From Deltaproteobacteria bacterium (GTDB taxonomy: Bacteria > Myxococcota > Kuafuiibacteriia > Kuafuiibacteriales > Kuafuiibacteriaceae), in contig JAVJQW010000043.1 of the NCBI GenBank assembly GCA_040218735.1, positions 192,001 through 256,000 of the forward strand: a stretch of DNA of 64,000 nt. Reading direction: 5' to 3'. Below the pieces are notes generated by a model, which saw nothing but the letters and a program-made list of their open reading frames with translations, was not told the origin of the DNA and made no database searches. This document shows positions 45,601 to 55,793 of the stretch, in pieces. Made by a program: the position numbers and the translations under genes. Positions within the stretch are counted from its first letter, which is position 1. The number at the start of each line of letters is the position of its first letter.

Positions 45601-48471
45601 GTGCTGGCCCGACTGCTCGGAATCCGCGACGAGGATCGACGCGACACCCTCGTCGCGTTCGCCGTCCTCGCCGCGATGATGGCGGGCCACGCGCTCCTGG
45701 AGACCGCCCGCGACGCCCTGTTCCTGGCCAAGCTCGACGCCGACCGACTGCCGCTCACGTACATCGCGATCGCGGGCCTCGCGCTGGTCGTCGGTGCTGC
45801 CAACCGGCGCCTCCTCGAACGCTTCTCCGCCCGGCGCCTGCTCGCGTTCACGCTCCTCGTCGGCGCCGGGATCACCGCGGCGTTCTACGTCTTCCTCGAT
45901 CCCGCCGACCCGCTGATGCTCGGCGCCTTCTACGTCTGGGTCGGCCTCCTCGCGACGATGGTCGTGCTCCAGTTCTGGCTGCAGCTCGCCGCCGTGTTCG
46001 ACGTGGGGCAGGCGAAGCGTGTCTTCTCCATCGTCGGCGCCGGCGGCCTCGTGGGCGCGACGTTGGGCTCGCTCACTGCGAGCGCCGTGTTGGCGATCGC
46101 GGACGCACGCGCGCTGATGATCGCGGGCGTCGTTTGTTTCGTCGTCGCGGCGGTGCTCCCGATCGGCTTTTCGAAACCGCCGGAGCCGGCGGTGCCGCGT
46201 CGCCGAGCGTCACGTGAGCGCGCGCGCCCGTTCCGCAGCCCTTACCTGAGTCGGCTCTTCGTCGTCGCGCTGACGTCGGCCGTGTTGATCACCGGCGTCG
46301 ACTACCTGTTCAAGGCCGCCGTCGCCGCGGACCACGCCGACGCCGCTTCCCTCGGTGCGTTCTTCGCGCGCTTCTATGCCGTGATCAACGCGGTGTCGCT
46401 CGTCGTGCAGCTCGCCATCGCGCCGCGGTTGCTCCGGTCGCTCGGTGTCCATCGCACGCTCCTCTTCCTCCCGGGCGCGTTGCTGTTCGGCGCTGCGGGG
46501 TTCGCGGTGTTCGGCGGGCTCGTCCCCGCCGTGCTCCTCAAGAGCGCCGACGGCGCGCTGCGGCACTCCGTGAACCGGACCGGCAACGAGATCCTCTACC
46601 TCCCGCTGACCGCCGACGTGCGTGCGCGCTTCAAGAGCTTCGTCGAGGCGGTCGGACAACGCGGCGGGCAGGCGCTCGCGTCCGTGCTCCTCCTCGCGGC
46701 GACGCTCGCGGGCGCCGAGCACTTCCACATCGCCGTGGCGCTCGTGGGGCTCGCGGTCGTGTGGCTCGCCGCGGTGCGCACCATCGAGCCGCACTACCTG
46801 GAGCTGTTTCGTCGGCAGCTCCGCGAGGGCAAGGTCGACACCAACGTCGCGGTCCCGGATCTCGATCTCGGCTCGCTCGAGGCGCTCATCGCGGCGCTCT
46901 CTTCGCCGGACGACAACGAGGTCCTCGCCGCCCTCGACATGTTCGCGGCGTTCAAGAAGACGAACCTGATCCCCGCGCTGATCCTGTTCCACCCGTCGTC
47001 GGCGGTGGTCACGCGCGCTTTCGATCTGTTCTTCGCGACGGAGCGCACCGACGTCCTCCGCGTCGCCGAACGTCTCCTCGACCACTCGGCCGGCGCCGCG
47101 GCTTCGCCGCGCCCCCTGAGCACCTCGCGCGCTTCCCCCCTCACGGGGGGGCGCGCACTCGAGCACCCCGAGCCCGAGGTGCGGGCCGCTGCGCTTCGGC
47201 TGTTCGCGTCGGCCGGTGCGCACGACGACAAACTCGCCAGCCACGTCGACTCCGAGCACCCCGAGCTGCGCGCCGTCGCGCTCGCGTGGCAGGCACGCCG
47301 CGGGCTCGCGTCCGACGAGAGCATCAACGCCGGCCTCGAAGCCCTCGTCGACTCCGATGACGTCCGCGACCGACTCGCCGCGCTCTACGCGGTGCGTGAC
47401 GCGCCGCCGGAGCGCTTCGCGCACATCGCGCTGCGCCTCGCCGACGATCCCGACTGGTCCGTGCCGCCGCGCGTCGCGCGCGCGATGGCCGAGACACCGT
47501 CGCCCGAGTACCTCCCCGCGCTGGTTCGGCTCCTCGCGCACCGCTCCGGTCGCGCGGCTGCGCGCGTCGCGTTGTTGAAGCTCGGCGAGCCCGCCCTGGA
47601 AGCGCTCCGCGCCGCCCTCCTCGATCCCGCCGCGCCGCGCCCGGTTCGGCTGCACGTCCCGCGGACGCTCGCGCGCTTCGACGACCCGCGCGCGTGGGAC
47701 ATCCTCATCGAGCGCGTGCAGGTCGAGCAGGACGATCGAGTGCTCTTCAAGATCCTCCGCGCCCTCAATCGCATGCAGTTCGACGGACGCGACGGCTCCT
47801 TCGACCGTGCCGCGTTGCTGCAGCGCGCGAGGTCGCTCGTCGAGCAGGCGGTCACCGCTCTGTCGTGGCGCCTCTGCGTTTCCGCGTACCTCGAACGCAA
47901 CCCGTCGGCGAAGACCCCGGCCGCGCAACTTCTCTTGCAGCTCACCGAGGAGAAGGAGCAGGGCGCGATGTACCGTACGTTCCGCTTGCTCCCCGTGGTG
48001 CTGCCTCGCGAGGACTTCCGGAGCATCTACTTCGGGCTCCGCAGCGAAGAGGCGAAGACCCGCGCATCCACGCGCGAGCTGCTGTCCCACGTCATCGACC
48101 CGCCCGTGCGTGACCTACTCCTGTGTATGGTCGACGAGCTCTCGGACCTCGGTCGCCTCGAAGCCGCGCAAACGCTGTTCCGACCGCCGCATCGGTCGGC
48201 CTTCGTCGCCGCGCTCGACGCCGACGACGCGACCCTGCACCGCGCCTACGCGAAGGTCCTCCGCGACGTGCTCGACGATCCGAACCTCACGCTCCGCGGC
48301 GTCGCGGGGCACCACATCACGGAGCTCGGGCTCGGCGAGCTCGCGGACGCGGATCGCCGCGCCGAGGACAGCTCGCTCACCTCCCTCGCGGAGCGCGCGT
48401 CGGGGCTGCTCGCCAAGCGACGCCGACCGGTGTCCGTACGAGAAGTACGGGAAGTCGGGCAGGCGCAGTAG
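45601..48471 (+). CDS. Npt/TLC (ATP/ADP translocase-like) MFS transporter fused to HEAT repeats
   Basis: About 12 TM segments with ETARDALFL, QFW...FDVGQAKRVF, DYLFK and EILYLP, followed by a HEAT-repeat tail. Confidence 0.85.
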   Translation: MLARLLGIRDEDRRDTLVAFAVLAAMMAGHALLETARDALFLAKLDADRLPLTYIAIAGLALVVGAANRRLLERFSARRLLAFTLLVGAGITAAFYVFLDPADPLMLGAFYVWVGLLATMVVLQFWLQLAAVFDVGQAKRVFSIVGAGGLVGATLGSLTASAVLAIADARALMIAGVVCFVVAAVLPIGFSKPPEPAVPRRRASRERARPFRSPYLSRLFVVALTSAVLITGVDYLFKAAVAADHADAASLGAFFARFYAVINAVSLVVQLAIAPRLLRSLGVHRTLLFLPGALLFGAAGFAVFGGLVPAVLLKSADGALRHSVNRTGNEILYLPLTADVRARFKSFVEAVGQRGGQALASVLLLAATLAGAEHFHIAVALVGLAVVWLAAVRTIEPHYLELFRRQLREGKVDTNVAVPDLDLGSLEALIAALSSPDDNEVLAALDMFAAFKKTNLIPALILFHPSSAVVTRAFDLFFATERTDVLRVAERLLDHSAGAAASPRPLSTSRASPLTGGRALEHPEPEVRAAALRLFASAGAHDDKLASHVDSEHPELRAVALAWQARRGLASDESINAGLEALVDSDDVRDRLAALYAVRDAPPERFAHIALRLADDPDWSVPPRVARAMAETPSPEYLPALVRLLAHRSGRAAARVALLKLGEPALEALRAALLDPAAPRPVRLHVPRTLARFDDPRAWDILIERVQVEQDDRVLFKILRALNRMQFDGRDGSFDRAALLQRARSLVEQAVTALSWRLCVSAYLERNPSAKTPAAQLLLQLTEEKEQGAMYRTFRLLPVVLPREDFRSIYFGLRSEEAKTRASTRELLSHVIDPPVRDLLLCMVDELSDLGRLEAAQTLFRPPHRSAFVAALDADDATLHRAYAKVLRDVLDDPNLTLRGVAGHHITELGLGELADADRRAEDSSLTSLAERASGLLAKRRRPVSVREVREVGQAQ
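47086..47166. repeat. 81-bp in-frame palindromic insertion (REP/RPE-like)
   Basis: Two hairpins (47097-47111 and 47127-47156) lie between imperfect direct repeats CTCGACCAC (47077-47085) and CTCGAGCAC (47158-47166). Confidence 0.6.
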
Positions 48472-48480
48472 GAGGTATCG

Positions 48481-49410
48481 ATGGTCGCCGTCGCCCAACC
48501 GTCCTCGAACGTCCAGCGGATGCTCACGCTCCGCACCTTCCCCGCGTTCTCGGCGCTCGCGCCCGACGAGCTCGTGGTCATGGCCGAGCAGTGCACCGAT
48601 CACTTCTTCGCGAAGGGGGAGGTGATCTCGAAGGGCGGCGTCCCGGTGCCTGGTCTTCACCTCGTCGTGGAGGGCAAGGTGCAGATCCTCCGTGACGGCA
48701 AACCGTACCGACTGATGAAGGAGCGCGAGTCGGTCGGCGGCATCGCGTCGCTGACGCAGGACCCGCGCGGCGTCGACGCGGTCGCGGTCGAGGACACCAC
48801 GACGCTGGCGCTGACGCGGGAGCGGATGGAGGACGTCTTCGAGGACAACTTCGCGATCATGTCCGCGGTGATGCGGGTCCTCGCGCGGACGCTCGTGGAA
48901 GCGCGGCAGCTCCGCGGTTCGACGGCGGGGTTCGCGGTCGAGAAGGAGCACGAGGGGCAACACCGCGCCGAGCCGCTGGATCTGATGGACCGCATCTTCT
49001 TCCTCACCCGCACGCTCAGCTTCTCCGGCGCGAGCATCGAGAGCCTCGCCGAGCTCGCGAGCGGCGCGCAGGAGGTTCGTTACGCGCCGGGTGACGTGCT
49101 GTGGAACGTGGGGGATCCGGCCGGACACTTCGTCGCGATCCACAGCGGCCTCGTCGCGTGCGCGACGGCCGACGCGAAGCAGCAGTTCGCCCTCGGCGCG
49201 GGCTCCACGGCGGGGGGCATGGACGCTCTGGCGTCGGACCCGCGCTGGTTCGGTGCGACGGCGCAGACCCCGGTCGTCGTGCTGCGCGTGGAAGTCGCAG
49301 ACTTCTTCGATCTGTTCGAGGACAACGTCGAGATGTCGATGGCGATGATGCGCACGCTCGCGTTTGCGATCGAGCGCCAGTACGAAGCGATGATGGCGGG
49401 GCGTGACTAG
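48481..49410 (+). CDS. Tandem cyclic-nucleotide-binding domain protein
   Basis: Two Crp-like cNMP domains (GEVI..G..LHLVVEGKV and GDVLW..GDP..F..I.SG.V), no HTH. AGGAGG SD. Confidence 0.85.
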   Translation: MVAVAQPSSNVQRMLTLRTFPAFSALAPDELVVMAEQCTDHFFAKGEVISKGGVPVPGLHLVVEGKVQILRDGKPYRLMKERESVGGIASLTQDPRGVDAVAVEDTTTLALTRERMEDVFEDNFAIMSAVMRVLARTLVEARQLRGSTAGFAVEKEHEGQHRAEPLDLMDRIFFLTRTLSFSGASIESLAELASGAQEVRYAPGDVLWNVGDPAGHFVAIHSGLVACATADAKQQFALGAGSTAGGMDALASDPRWFGATAQTPVVVLRVEVADFFDLFEDNVEMSMAMMRTLAFAIERQYEAMMAGRD

Positions 49411-50600
49411 AGAGTGACGACGCGCTGCATCCCGGGCTTCTCGGCGAGGGTCTTCGTCTCGCCGTCTTCGGTGCGCAGCAGAAGCGACTTGCCGTCGGTG
49501 TAGACGATCGCGCCCGACGTCGTGTGGTCGTAGTCGAGCACACGCTCCGCGACGACTTCGTCTTCGCCGCCGGGGCGCCGACGCATCAGCTTCCACTCCA
49601 CTGGGACGCGCCACGGATCGTCTTCGTCGCGACCGCTCGGGCGCCCCGTGTACGCGCGATGCATCGGTACCGCCGACACTCTTCGACGCGCGGCGATGTG
49701 CTGCATCCGCGCGAGCTCTTCGTCGCTGTTCTTCGACAGCGACTTGCCGTACCGCGCCGCGAACACGCCGAGGAACGCCGCGCCCGCGAGCACGATGCGG
49801 AACGGCGCGAGGAAGGCGTCGGCGAGGGACGCGCCGAACGATGCTCCCTTGCCGATCGGGTGGTGCGGGCGACGCAGGTAGAACAGCGCGTCGTCGGCGC
49901 CGAACGTCGGCGCGAAGCAGTCGTGGTCGGCGTCCTCGACGAGGGTGTCGATCGCCGCCGTATCGAGCTTCAGCTGTTCGATGCACGACGGGCCGAAGCC
50001 CATGAAGACGTCCTCCGGAGAACGTGCGATCCCCGCCGACTGGTAGACGAGCGTGCGCGGGATTCGGGGGTGCCAGCGTGGCGAGAGATCTTCGGAGTCA
50101 CCTTCCGTGATGGTCCTCAGGTGACGGCCCTCGTCGTCGGTGACGGCGAGGTGCGCTGCGCCGGAGCCGTCGAGCACGGAGCACGCGATGAGCTCGCCGT
50201 CGGGGTGCGCGGCGATGTCGAGGAGTGACAGGTCGTTGTGCGAGGACAGTCGGACTTCGGCTTCGCGGTCGAGGGTCGCGTCGGTCCACGTGTTCGCGAA
50301 GACGCTGCTGACGCGCTCCGCCTGCACGACGTAGATCAGCTCGCCGGGGCGTCGTCCGCGCGCTGCGGAGACGACCGCGGGTTTGCTGACGTGCTGCGAC
50401 GCGCCGCCGCCCCACAGCATCGCGCCGCCGAGGAACGCCTGATCGCGCTGCTCGAACTTCCACGCGTTGCGCGCCTGGGATCGTCGCGAACGCTCGACGT
50501 ACTGGTCGACGAACTTGGTCGGAACCTCGTCGAGCGGCCCGTCGACGGGTCCCGCGAACAGCTCGCCCTGGGCGATGTACGCCACGCGCTCCGGCGCCAT
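49407..50600 (-). CDS. Hypothetical TolB-like beta-propeller protein
   Basis: HPDG, ITEGDSEDLSPRW and APTFG repeats, with one hydrophobic segment. Confidence 0.65.
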   Translation of the reverse strand: MAPERVAYIAQGELFAGPVDGPLDEVPTKFVDQYVERSRRSQARNAWKFEQRDQAFLGGAMLWGGGASQHVSKPAVVSAARGRRPGELIYVVQAERVSSVFANTWTDATLDREAEVRLSSHNDLSLLDIAAHPDGELIACSVLDGSGAAHLAVTDDEGRHLRTITEGDSEDLSPRWHPRIPRTLVYQSAGIARSPEDVFMGFGPSCIEQLKLDTAAIDTLVEDADHDCFAPTFGADDALFYLRRPHHPIGKGASFGASLADAFLAPFRIVLAGAAFLGVFAARYGKSLSKNSDEELARMQHIAARRRVSAVPMHRAYTGRPSGRDEDDPWRVPVEWKLMRRRPGGEDEVVAERVLDYDHTTSGAIVYTDGKSLLLRTEDGETKTLAEKPGMQRVVTL

Positions 50601-50868
50601 CCGCGGACGGTACCCGGGCCGCGGAGCACCGTCGATGTGTCTAGGCCATAACGCCGCTCCGCTTCGCGGACCGCCTTGGCACAGGCTTCGGACCGGCCGC
50701 ATTCGCGCTCGGCCTCAGCCTAGGCCAAGTACTCGTCAGGACTGCGGAATTCGGGAGCACGGCTCGGGTGACCCCGACGGCTCGTTCTGAATCGCGGAGG
50801 CTCGATCTGCGTCCAAAGCCGGCATGCCATGCTTGTTTCGCTCGGGATGCGGCTGGTACGGAACGTCC

Positions 50869-51699
50869 ATGCGGGTGCTCCTCGCGATCGTCACCGTCGC
50901 CGTGACGTGGGCTGGCGCGGCGGAGGCCGCCGATCCGGTGCGCTTCCTGATCTGCCAGCCGGGCGGTCCGGATCTCCGACCGCAGCAGCAGGCGGTGATC
51001 GACCGACTCTACCGCTACATCGAGTCGCAGACCGGGCTGGCCGAGGGGCGCATCGAAGGGGTCTACACAAACGACCGGGCGAAGTGCCTCGACGAGCTCA
51101 CGAAGAAACCCGCCGTGCTGTTCCCGTCGCTCCCGATCTTCTTGGAGTTCAAGTCGAAGTACGCGTTGGAGCCGGTCGCGCAGCTCAAGCAGCAGGGCAA
51201 GGTCGAAGACCACTTCTACCTGCTCGCCGCGAAGGACACGACGTTTGCGTTCGACGCGATGCAGGGCAAGACGGTCACCGGCACGCACCTCGGGTCGACG
51301 CGGTTCGTGTACGACGTCGTGTTCGACAAGAAGCTCTCCGCGAAGGAGCTGAAGCTCGCGCCGCAGAAGCTCGGGCTGCGTGCGATTCGCAACGTGGTGA
51401 AGGGGAAGGCGGACGCCGTGTTGCTCGACGGCGCGCAGTACCGCGCGCTGCAGGGCACGCGCTACGAGAAGAAGCTCCGCCTGCTGCACGCGTCGGGGCC
51501 GCACCCCACGCCGCCGATCACCGTCCTCTCGGGCCAGGCACCGCGTGGCTTCCCGGAGGCGCTCGGCGCCGCGCTCGCGGCGATGAAGAACGACGCCACC
51601 GGGCGTGAGGTCCTCGAGATGTTCCAGATCGAAGGCTTCGCGCGCCCCGGTCCGCGCGCGTTTGCCTCGCTCGAGGCGCGCTTCTCGGGCGCCAACTGA
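50869..51699 (+). CDS. PhnD/SsuA-like periplasmic substrate-binding protein
   Basis: Signal peptide ending AEA, plus LEPVAQ, YLLA, VVKGKADAVLLD and FQIEGF. Confidence 0.75.
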   Translation: MRVLLAIVTVAVTWAGAAEAADPVRFLICQPGGPDLRPQQQAVIDRLYRYIESQTGLAEGRIEGVYTNDRAKCLDELTKKPAVLFPSLPIFLEFKSKYALEPVAQLKQQGKVEDHFYLLAAKDTTFAFDAMQGKTVTGTHLGSTRFVYDVVFDKKLSAKELKLAPQKLGLRAIRNVVKGKADAVLLDGAQYRALQGTRYEKKLRLLHASGPHPTPPITVLSGQAPRGFPEALGAALAAMKNDATGREVLEMFQIEGFARPGPRAFASLEARFSGAN

Positions 51700-51701
51700 A
51701 G

Positions 51702-54506
51702 ATGCGCTGGCTCGCCGAGCGCCTCGTCCGGGTGAAGGTCGCCTGGGCCGTGGTGATCGGCACGATCCTGCTCGCCGGGGTCAGCGCGTTCTTCGCCACG
51801 CAGGTACCGCACGACGACGACGTCCTCGCGTTCCTGCCGCGTTCGGATCCGGACGTCGCGATCTTCTACGACATCAACCGCCGCTTCGGCGGGCTCGACG
51901 TCGCGCTGGTCGGCGTCCAAACCGAGGACGTCCTCGCACCGGACTTCTTCGCGGAGTTGGCGGCCGCGACCAAGGCCCTCGACGAGTCGCCGTCGATCGA
52001 CTTCGCGCTGTCGCTCGCGAACGTCGACGACTTCGTACCGTCGCCCGACGGGGGGATCGAAACGGACCTACTGGTGCGTTCGATCCCCGCCGACGAAGCC
52101 GCGCGTCAGGCGCTCCGCGACAAGGTGCTCTCGCGCGACCTGGTGGTGGGGCAGCTCGTATCGTCCGAGCTCGACGCCGCGTTGGTCCTCGTCTTCCCCG
52201 CGGAGGGGAGCGACCCGCGGGGGTTTGCGAACGAGGTGCAGGCGACGGTCGCGCGCACGATGCCGTCGCGTCGTGTCGCGTTCGGTGGTGCGCCGTTTGT
52301 CTCGAGCTACGTGTTCGAAGCGACGCAGGCCGACCTCGCGCTGCTGACGCCGTGGGCGGTCGCCGCGATCGTGCTGATGATCCTCATCGGCTTCCGCGAT
52401 CCGATCGGCGCCATCGTCGTGCTGTTCTCCACCGGCGCGGGGATCGCGGTTTCGATGGCGCTGATGTTCGTGCTCGGCGTCGAGCACAACATCGTGCTGT
52501 CCTCGATGCCGGTCATCGCGTTCTCGGTGGGGAGCGCGTACGGGCTGCACGTGCTCGCGCGTTACCAGCAGCTGCGCCGCACCCTCGAACGCGACGCCGC
52601 GCTGGTCGAAGCCCTCGTCTCCGTGGGGCCGACCGTCGTCGCGGCGGGCCTCACGACCGTCGCCGGCCTGTTCAGCTTCCTCGCGATGAACATCGTCCCG
52701 ATGCAGACGTTCGGGCTGTTCACCGGGCTCGGCGTACTGGTCGCGCTCGTCCTCGCGTTGACGTTCGTGCCCGCGGCGATCCGCGTCGCGGGCCTCACGC
52801 ACCCGCGCGGGGAGGAGTCCACGTCCGCGGTGCTCGTCGGTGCGGTGGCCTGGCTCCGCGAACGGCGCGCCGCAGGGATGGCGGTCGTCCTCGCGGTGGC
52901 GGCGATCGGTGCGTTCTTCGCGGGGCGCGTCGACACTCGCATGGATCTGTCGGCGTTCTTCGCGGACGACAGCCCTCCGGCGCGGGCCGACGCGTTCCTT
53001 CTGGAGGAGTTCGGCGGGTCGCAGTTCGTGCAAGTTCACTTGCGAGCGGACTTCACTTCGCCGGACGCGCTCTGGCAGCTGTTCCACCTCGCGGATCGGA
53101 TCGAGGCGCTGGACTCCGTGAGCTCCGTGCAGCACGCCGGGCAGGTGGTCGCGCAGCTGAACCTCGCGATGCAGGGCGCGCGGCGGGTTCCGGACGAGCC
53201 CGAGCAAGTTGCCTTGCTCTACCGGTTCCTGACCGGGCGCCCGGCGATCGGGCAGCTCGTGACGGAGGATCGGCAGGAGGTCGTCGTGCACGCGAAGCTC
53301 GCCAAGAGCGACGTCGACTCCGTGGAGCGCGCGCTGCACGACGTGGAGGCGATCGTCGCCGCCGGGCTCGCGGCAACACCGGTGGAGATCGCGTTGGGGC
53401 GCGTCGAGGTCGCGACGCGGCGGGCGGGTGCGAAGTTCGACGCGGACGTCCGCGCGAGGGTGCGCGCCGCGCTCGCCGAGCCCGCGTCGACGCCGCGCCC
53501 GGCGGCGGTGGCGGAGCGGGTCGCGAAGTTCCTCGCGTCGGACGAGAGCCCGGTGACGTTGCCCGAGGCCGTGGCGGCGTCGGCGGCGGCGGTGATCGTC
53601 CCGGGGGATTCGACGCACCGCGAAGGCGGCGCGCCGAGTGATTCAGCGTCCGCGGACGCAGCGCGCTCGTCGACATCCGCCGAAGCGTCGGTCGTGGCGC
53701 GCCTGGTCGGCGTGCTCGCGCCGCACGAGGACGTGATCGGCGAGCCCGTCGAATCGCTGCTCGCGGAGGATCTGATCGCGGCTTCGCAGACGCGCATCAC
53801 CGAAGCGAAGAAGGCGCTCGTCGCAATGGACCGCGCGGCGCGTGTCCGCGCGGCGGTCGATCAACGCATCACGGATCCGCACTGGCGCACGCACGTGATG
53901 GGCGCGATGGCGTTGCTCGAGCGCTCGTCGTCGGCGCCGAAGATCGAGGCGAAGGTCAGCGGCCTCCCGGTGCTGCATCGTGGTCTGTCGCGCAGCACCG
54001 TCGACAATCAGATCACCAGCCTCGCGCTCGCGCTCGTGAGTGTGTTGGTCGTGTTGACGATCGCGTTCCGGAGTGTGCGCGCCGGGTTGCTCGCGGCGAG
54101 CCCGACGGTGATCACGCTGCTCGCGGTGTACGGCGGGATGGGGATCCTCGGCGTGCACCTCGACATGGGGACGGCGATGCTCGCGAGCCTGATCATCGGC
54201 GCGGGGGTCGACTATGCCGTGCATCTGGTGACGGCGTGGCGCACTGCGCCGTCGGTCGCGGCGGCGGTGTCGAAGACCGCGACGGCGATCTGGACCAACG
54301 CGATGATGGTCGGCGCGGGGTTCTTCATTCTCACGCTGGGGGAGGCGAAGACGCTGGAGAACGTCGGGGGACTCACGGCCGCAGCGATGCTGACGGCGGC
54401 GTTGGCGACTTTTGTCTGCGTTCCGGTGTTTTCACGTCGAGGGCCGGCGCTCGTGGAGGCGGCCGCGCCGGCGTCGGCGCCCGAGGGGGCGCCTCAAAAG
54501 TCCTGA
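51702..54506 (+). CDS. MMPL/RND-family lipid transporter
   Basis: Two MMPL repeats with FGG.D, TTVAGLFS, FGLFTGLG and GAGVDYAVH. Confidence 0.9.
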   Translation: MRWLAERLVRVKVAWAVVIGTILLAGVSAFFATQVPHDDDVLAFLPRSDPDVAIFYDINRRFGGLDVALVGVQTEDVLAPDFFAELAAATKALDESPSIDFALSLANVDDFVPSPDGGIETDLLVRSIPADEAARQALRDKVLSRDLVVGQLVSSELDAALVLVFPAEGSDPRGFANEVQATVARTMPSRRVAFGGAPFVSSYVFEATQADLALLTPWAVAAIVLMILIGFRDPIGAIVVLFSTGAGIAVSMALMFVLGVEHNIVLSSMPVIAFSVGSAYGLHVLARYQQLRRTLERDAALVEALVSVGPTVVAAGLTTVAGLFSFLAMNIVPMQTFGLFTGLGVLVALVLALTFVPAAIRVAGLTHPRGEESTSAVLVGAVAWLRERRAAGMAVVLAVAAIGAFFAGRVDTRMDLSAFFADDSPPARADAFLLEEFGGSQFVQVHLRADFTSPDALWQLFHLADRIEALDSVSSVQHAGQVVAQLNLAMQGARRVPDEPEQVALLYRFLTGRPAIGQLVTEDRQEVVVHAKLAKSDVDSVERALHDVEAIVAAGLAATPVEIALGRVEVATRRAGAKFDADVRARVRAALAEPASTPRPAAVAERVAKFLASDESPVTLPEAVAASAAAVIVPGDSTHREGGAPSDSASADAARSSTSAEASVVARLVGVLAPHEDVIGEPVESLLAEDLIAASQTRITEAKKALVAMDRAARVRAAVDQRITDPHWRTHVMGAMALLERSSSAPKIEAKVSGLPVLHRGLSRSTVDNQITSLALALVSVLVVLTIAFRSVRAGLLAASPTVITLLAVYGGMGILGVHLDMGTAMLASLIIGAGVDYAVHLVTAWRTAPSVAAAVSKTATAIWTNAMMVGAGFFILTLGEAKTLENVGGLTAAAMLTAALATFVCVPVFSRRGPALVEAAAPASAPEGAPQKS

Positions 54507-54602
54507 CGGCCCTGGCCAAGTGGTGGTCGGATCCCGCACACTGGAGACGTGCCGAAGGTAGGAACCGAATCCAGTGGAGCACCGGCCATTCCCCCGCGGG
54601 CG

Positions 54603-55046
54603 ATGGACGTCAACCAGGAGCTCCAGGACATCTATCACGCGACGGTGGTCGCCACGAAGGGCGACACCAAGGCGGCCGAGCGCGCGAAGATGCAAGCGGC
54701 GCCGCGTGTGCAGCAGTTCGCAGCGTTGCTCGAGCGCGCGGCGGACGGCGGCTCGGGCGCCGCGAACGCGTTGAAGCAGGCGCGTGAGATCCTCGGGCAG
54801 GGCGGCGACCCGAGCTCGTTGGATCGTTGGATCCACGCGCACGTCGACGAGTCGGTGATGCGCGAGGCGGGCCTGGACCCGACGGAGATCGCGCGGTCGG
54901 CGGGCGTCGAGGTCGAGGAGCCGGACGTCGAGCAGGCGGGCCGCGACTACCGAGAGTTCACGGGCGACGGCAACCAGGTCGCCCATCGGGACGAGCCCGG
55001 CCAGGGCATGAACGTCCGTGACTTTTCTCCCCCCGGTCGCGTCTGA
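54603..55046 (+). CDS. Hypothetical protein
   Basis: 147-aa ORF with GC3-rich codon usage that fills the gap between the MMPL and LolA-like genes. Confidence 0.6.
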   Translation: MDVNQELQDIYHATVVATKGDTKAAERAKMQAAPRVQQFAALLERAADGGSGAANALKQAREILGQGGDPSSLDRWIHAHVDESVMREAGLDPTEIARSAGVEVEEPDVEQAGRDYREFTGDGNQVAHRDEPGQGMNVRDFSPPGRV

Positions 55047-55058
55047 TACGCGACCCTC

Positions 55059-55793
55059 ATGCGACTCCCCATTCTCGTGACGGCCGCGTTGGTTCTCGCG
55101 GCGACCGACGTACGCGCGGACGACGCGCAGGCCCAGCTCGCGCAGGTCGACGAGGCCCTCAACCAGGCGAAGGACCAGTTCCTCGACTACGAGATGGTCG
55201 ACATCAAGGACGGCAAGGAGCGGACGCTTCGGCTGGAGGTGTCGATCAAGGGTGAGAAGCGCCTGACTGCGTTCACGGCGCCGGCGGACCTTCGTGGCAC
55301 GAAGGTCCTGATCGTCTCGCCGACGCAGATGTACATCTACCTGCCCGCGTACAAGAAGGTCCGCCGCATCGCGAGCCACGTGACGGAGCAGGGCTTCATG
55401 GGCACGACGTACTCGAACGACGACCTCGCCCTCACGCGGTACGCGCCGCTGTACGCCGCGAAGGTGGTGTCGAGCGACGAAGAGAAGGCGAAGCTCGAGC
55501 TCACGAAGAAGAGCGGCGCCGAGGCGCCGTACGCGCGCATCGTGATGACGGTGGAGAAGAAGCGCGCGCTGCCACTCGAGATGGAGTACTTCGACGACGC
55601 CGGCAAGAAGGTGAAGACGGAGACCCGCTCGGACTACACCTGCGAGGGCAAGGTCTGCGCGCCGGAGGTGATCGCGATGCGCGACCACACCGACGGCGAC
55701 CACGTGAGCAAGCTGGTGCGGAAGAAGTGGAAGGTGAACGGCGGCCTCTCGGATCGTCTGTTCACGAAGCGAAACCTAGCGCGCGCGCGTTAG
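55059..55793 (+). CDS. LolA-like outer-membrane lipoprotein-sorting protein
   Basis: Signal peptide, F.APADLRGTKVL, YIYLPAYKKVRRIA, FMGT..SNDDL, EYFD..GK..K and LFTKRNL. Confidence 0.9.
   Translation: MRLPILVTAALVLAATDVRADDAQAQLAQVDEALNQAKDQFLDYEMVDIKDGKERTLRLEVSIKGEKRLTAFTAPADLRGTKVLIVSPTQMYIYLPAYKKVRRIASHVTEQGFMGTTYSNDDLALTRYAPLYAAKVVSSDEEKAKLELTKKSGAEAPYARIVMTVEKKRALPLEMEYFDDAGKKVKTETRSDYTCEGKVCAPEVIAMRDHTDGDHVSKLVRKKWKVNGGLSDRLFTKRNLARAR

Noticed and set aside
50676-50692. TTGGCAC-type sigma-54 promoter upstream of the PhnD-like gene
   Set aside because: The -24 element matches, but the -12 position reads GG rather than GC, so support is too weak.
53600-53690. Ser/Ala-rich stretch with small palindromes in the MMPL gene as a second inserted element
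   Set aside because: The stems are short, there is no clear target duplication and no similarity to the 47-kb element. It could be an ordinary linker.
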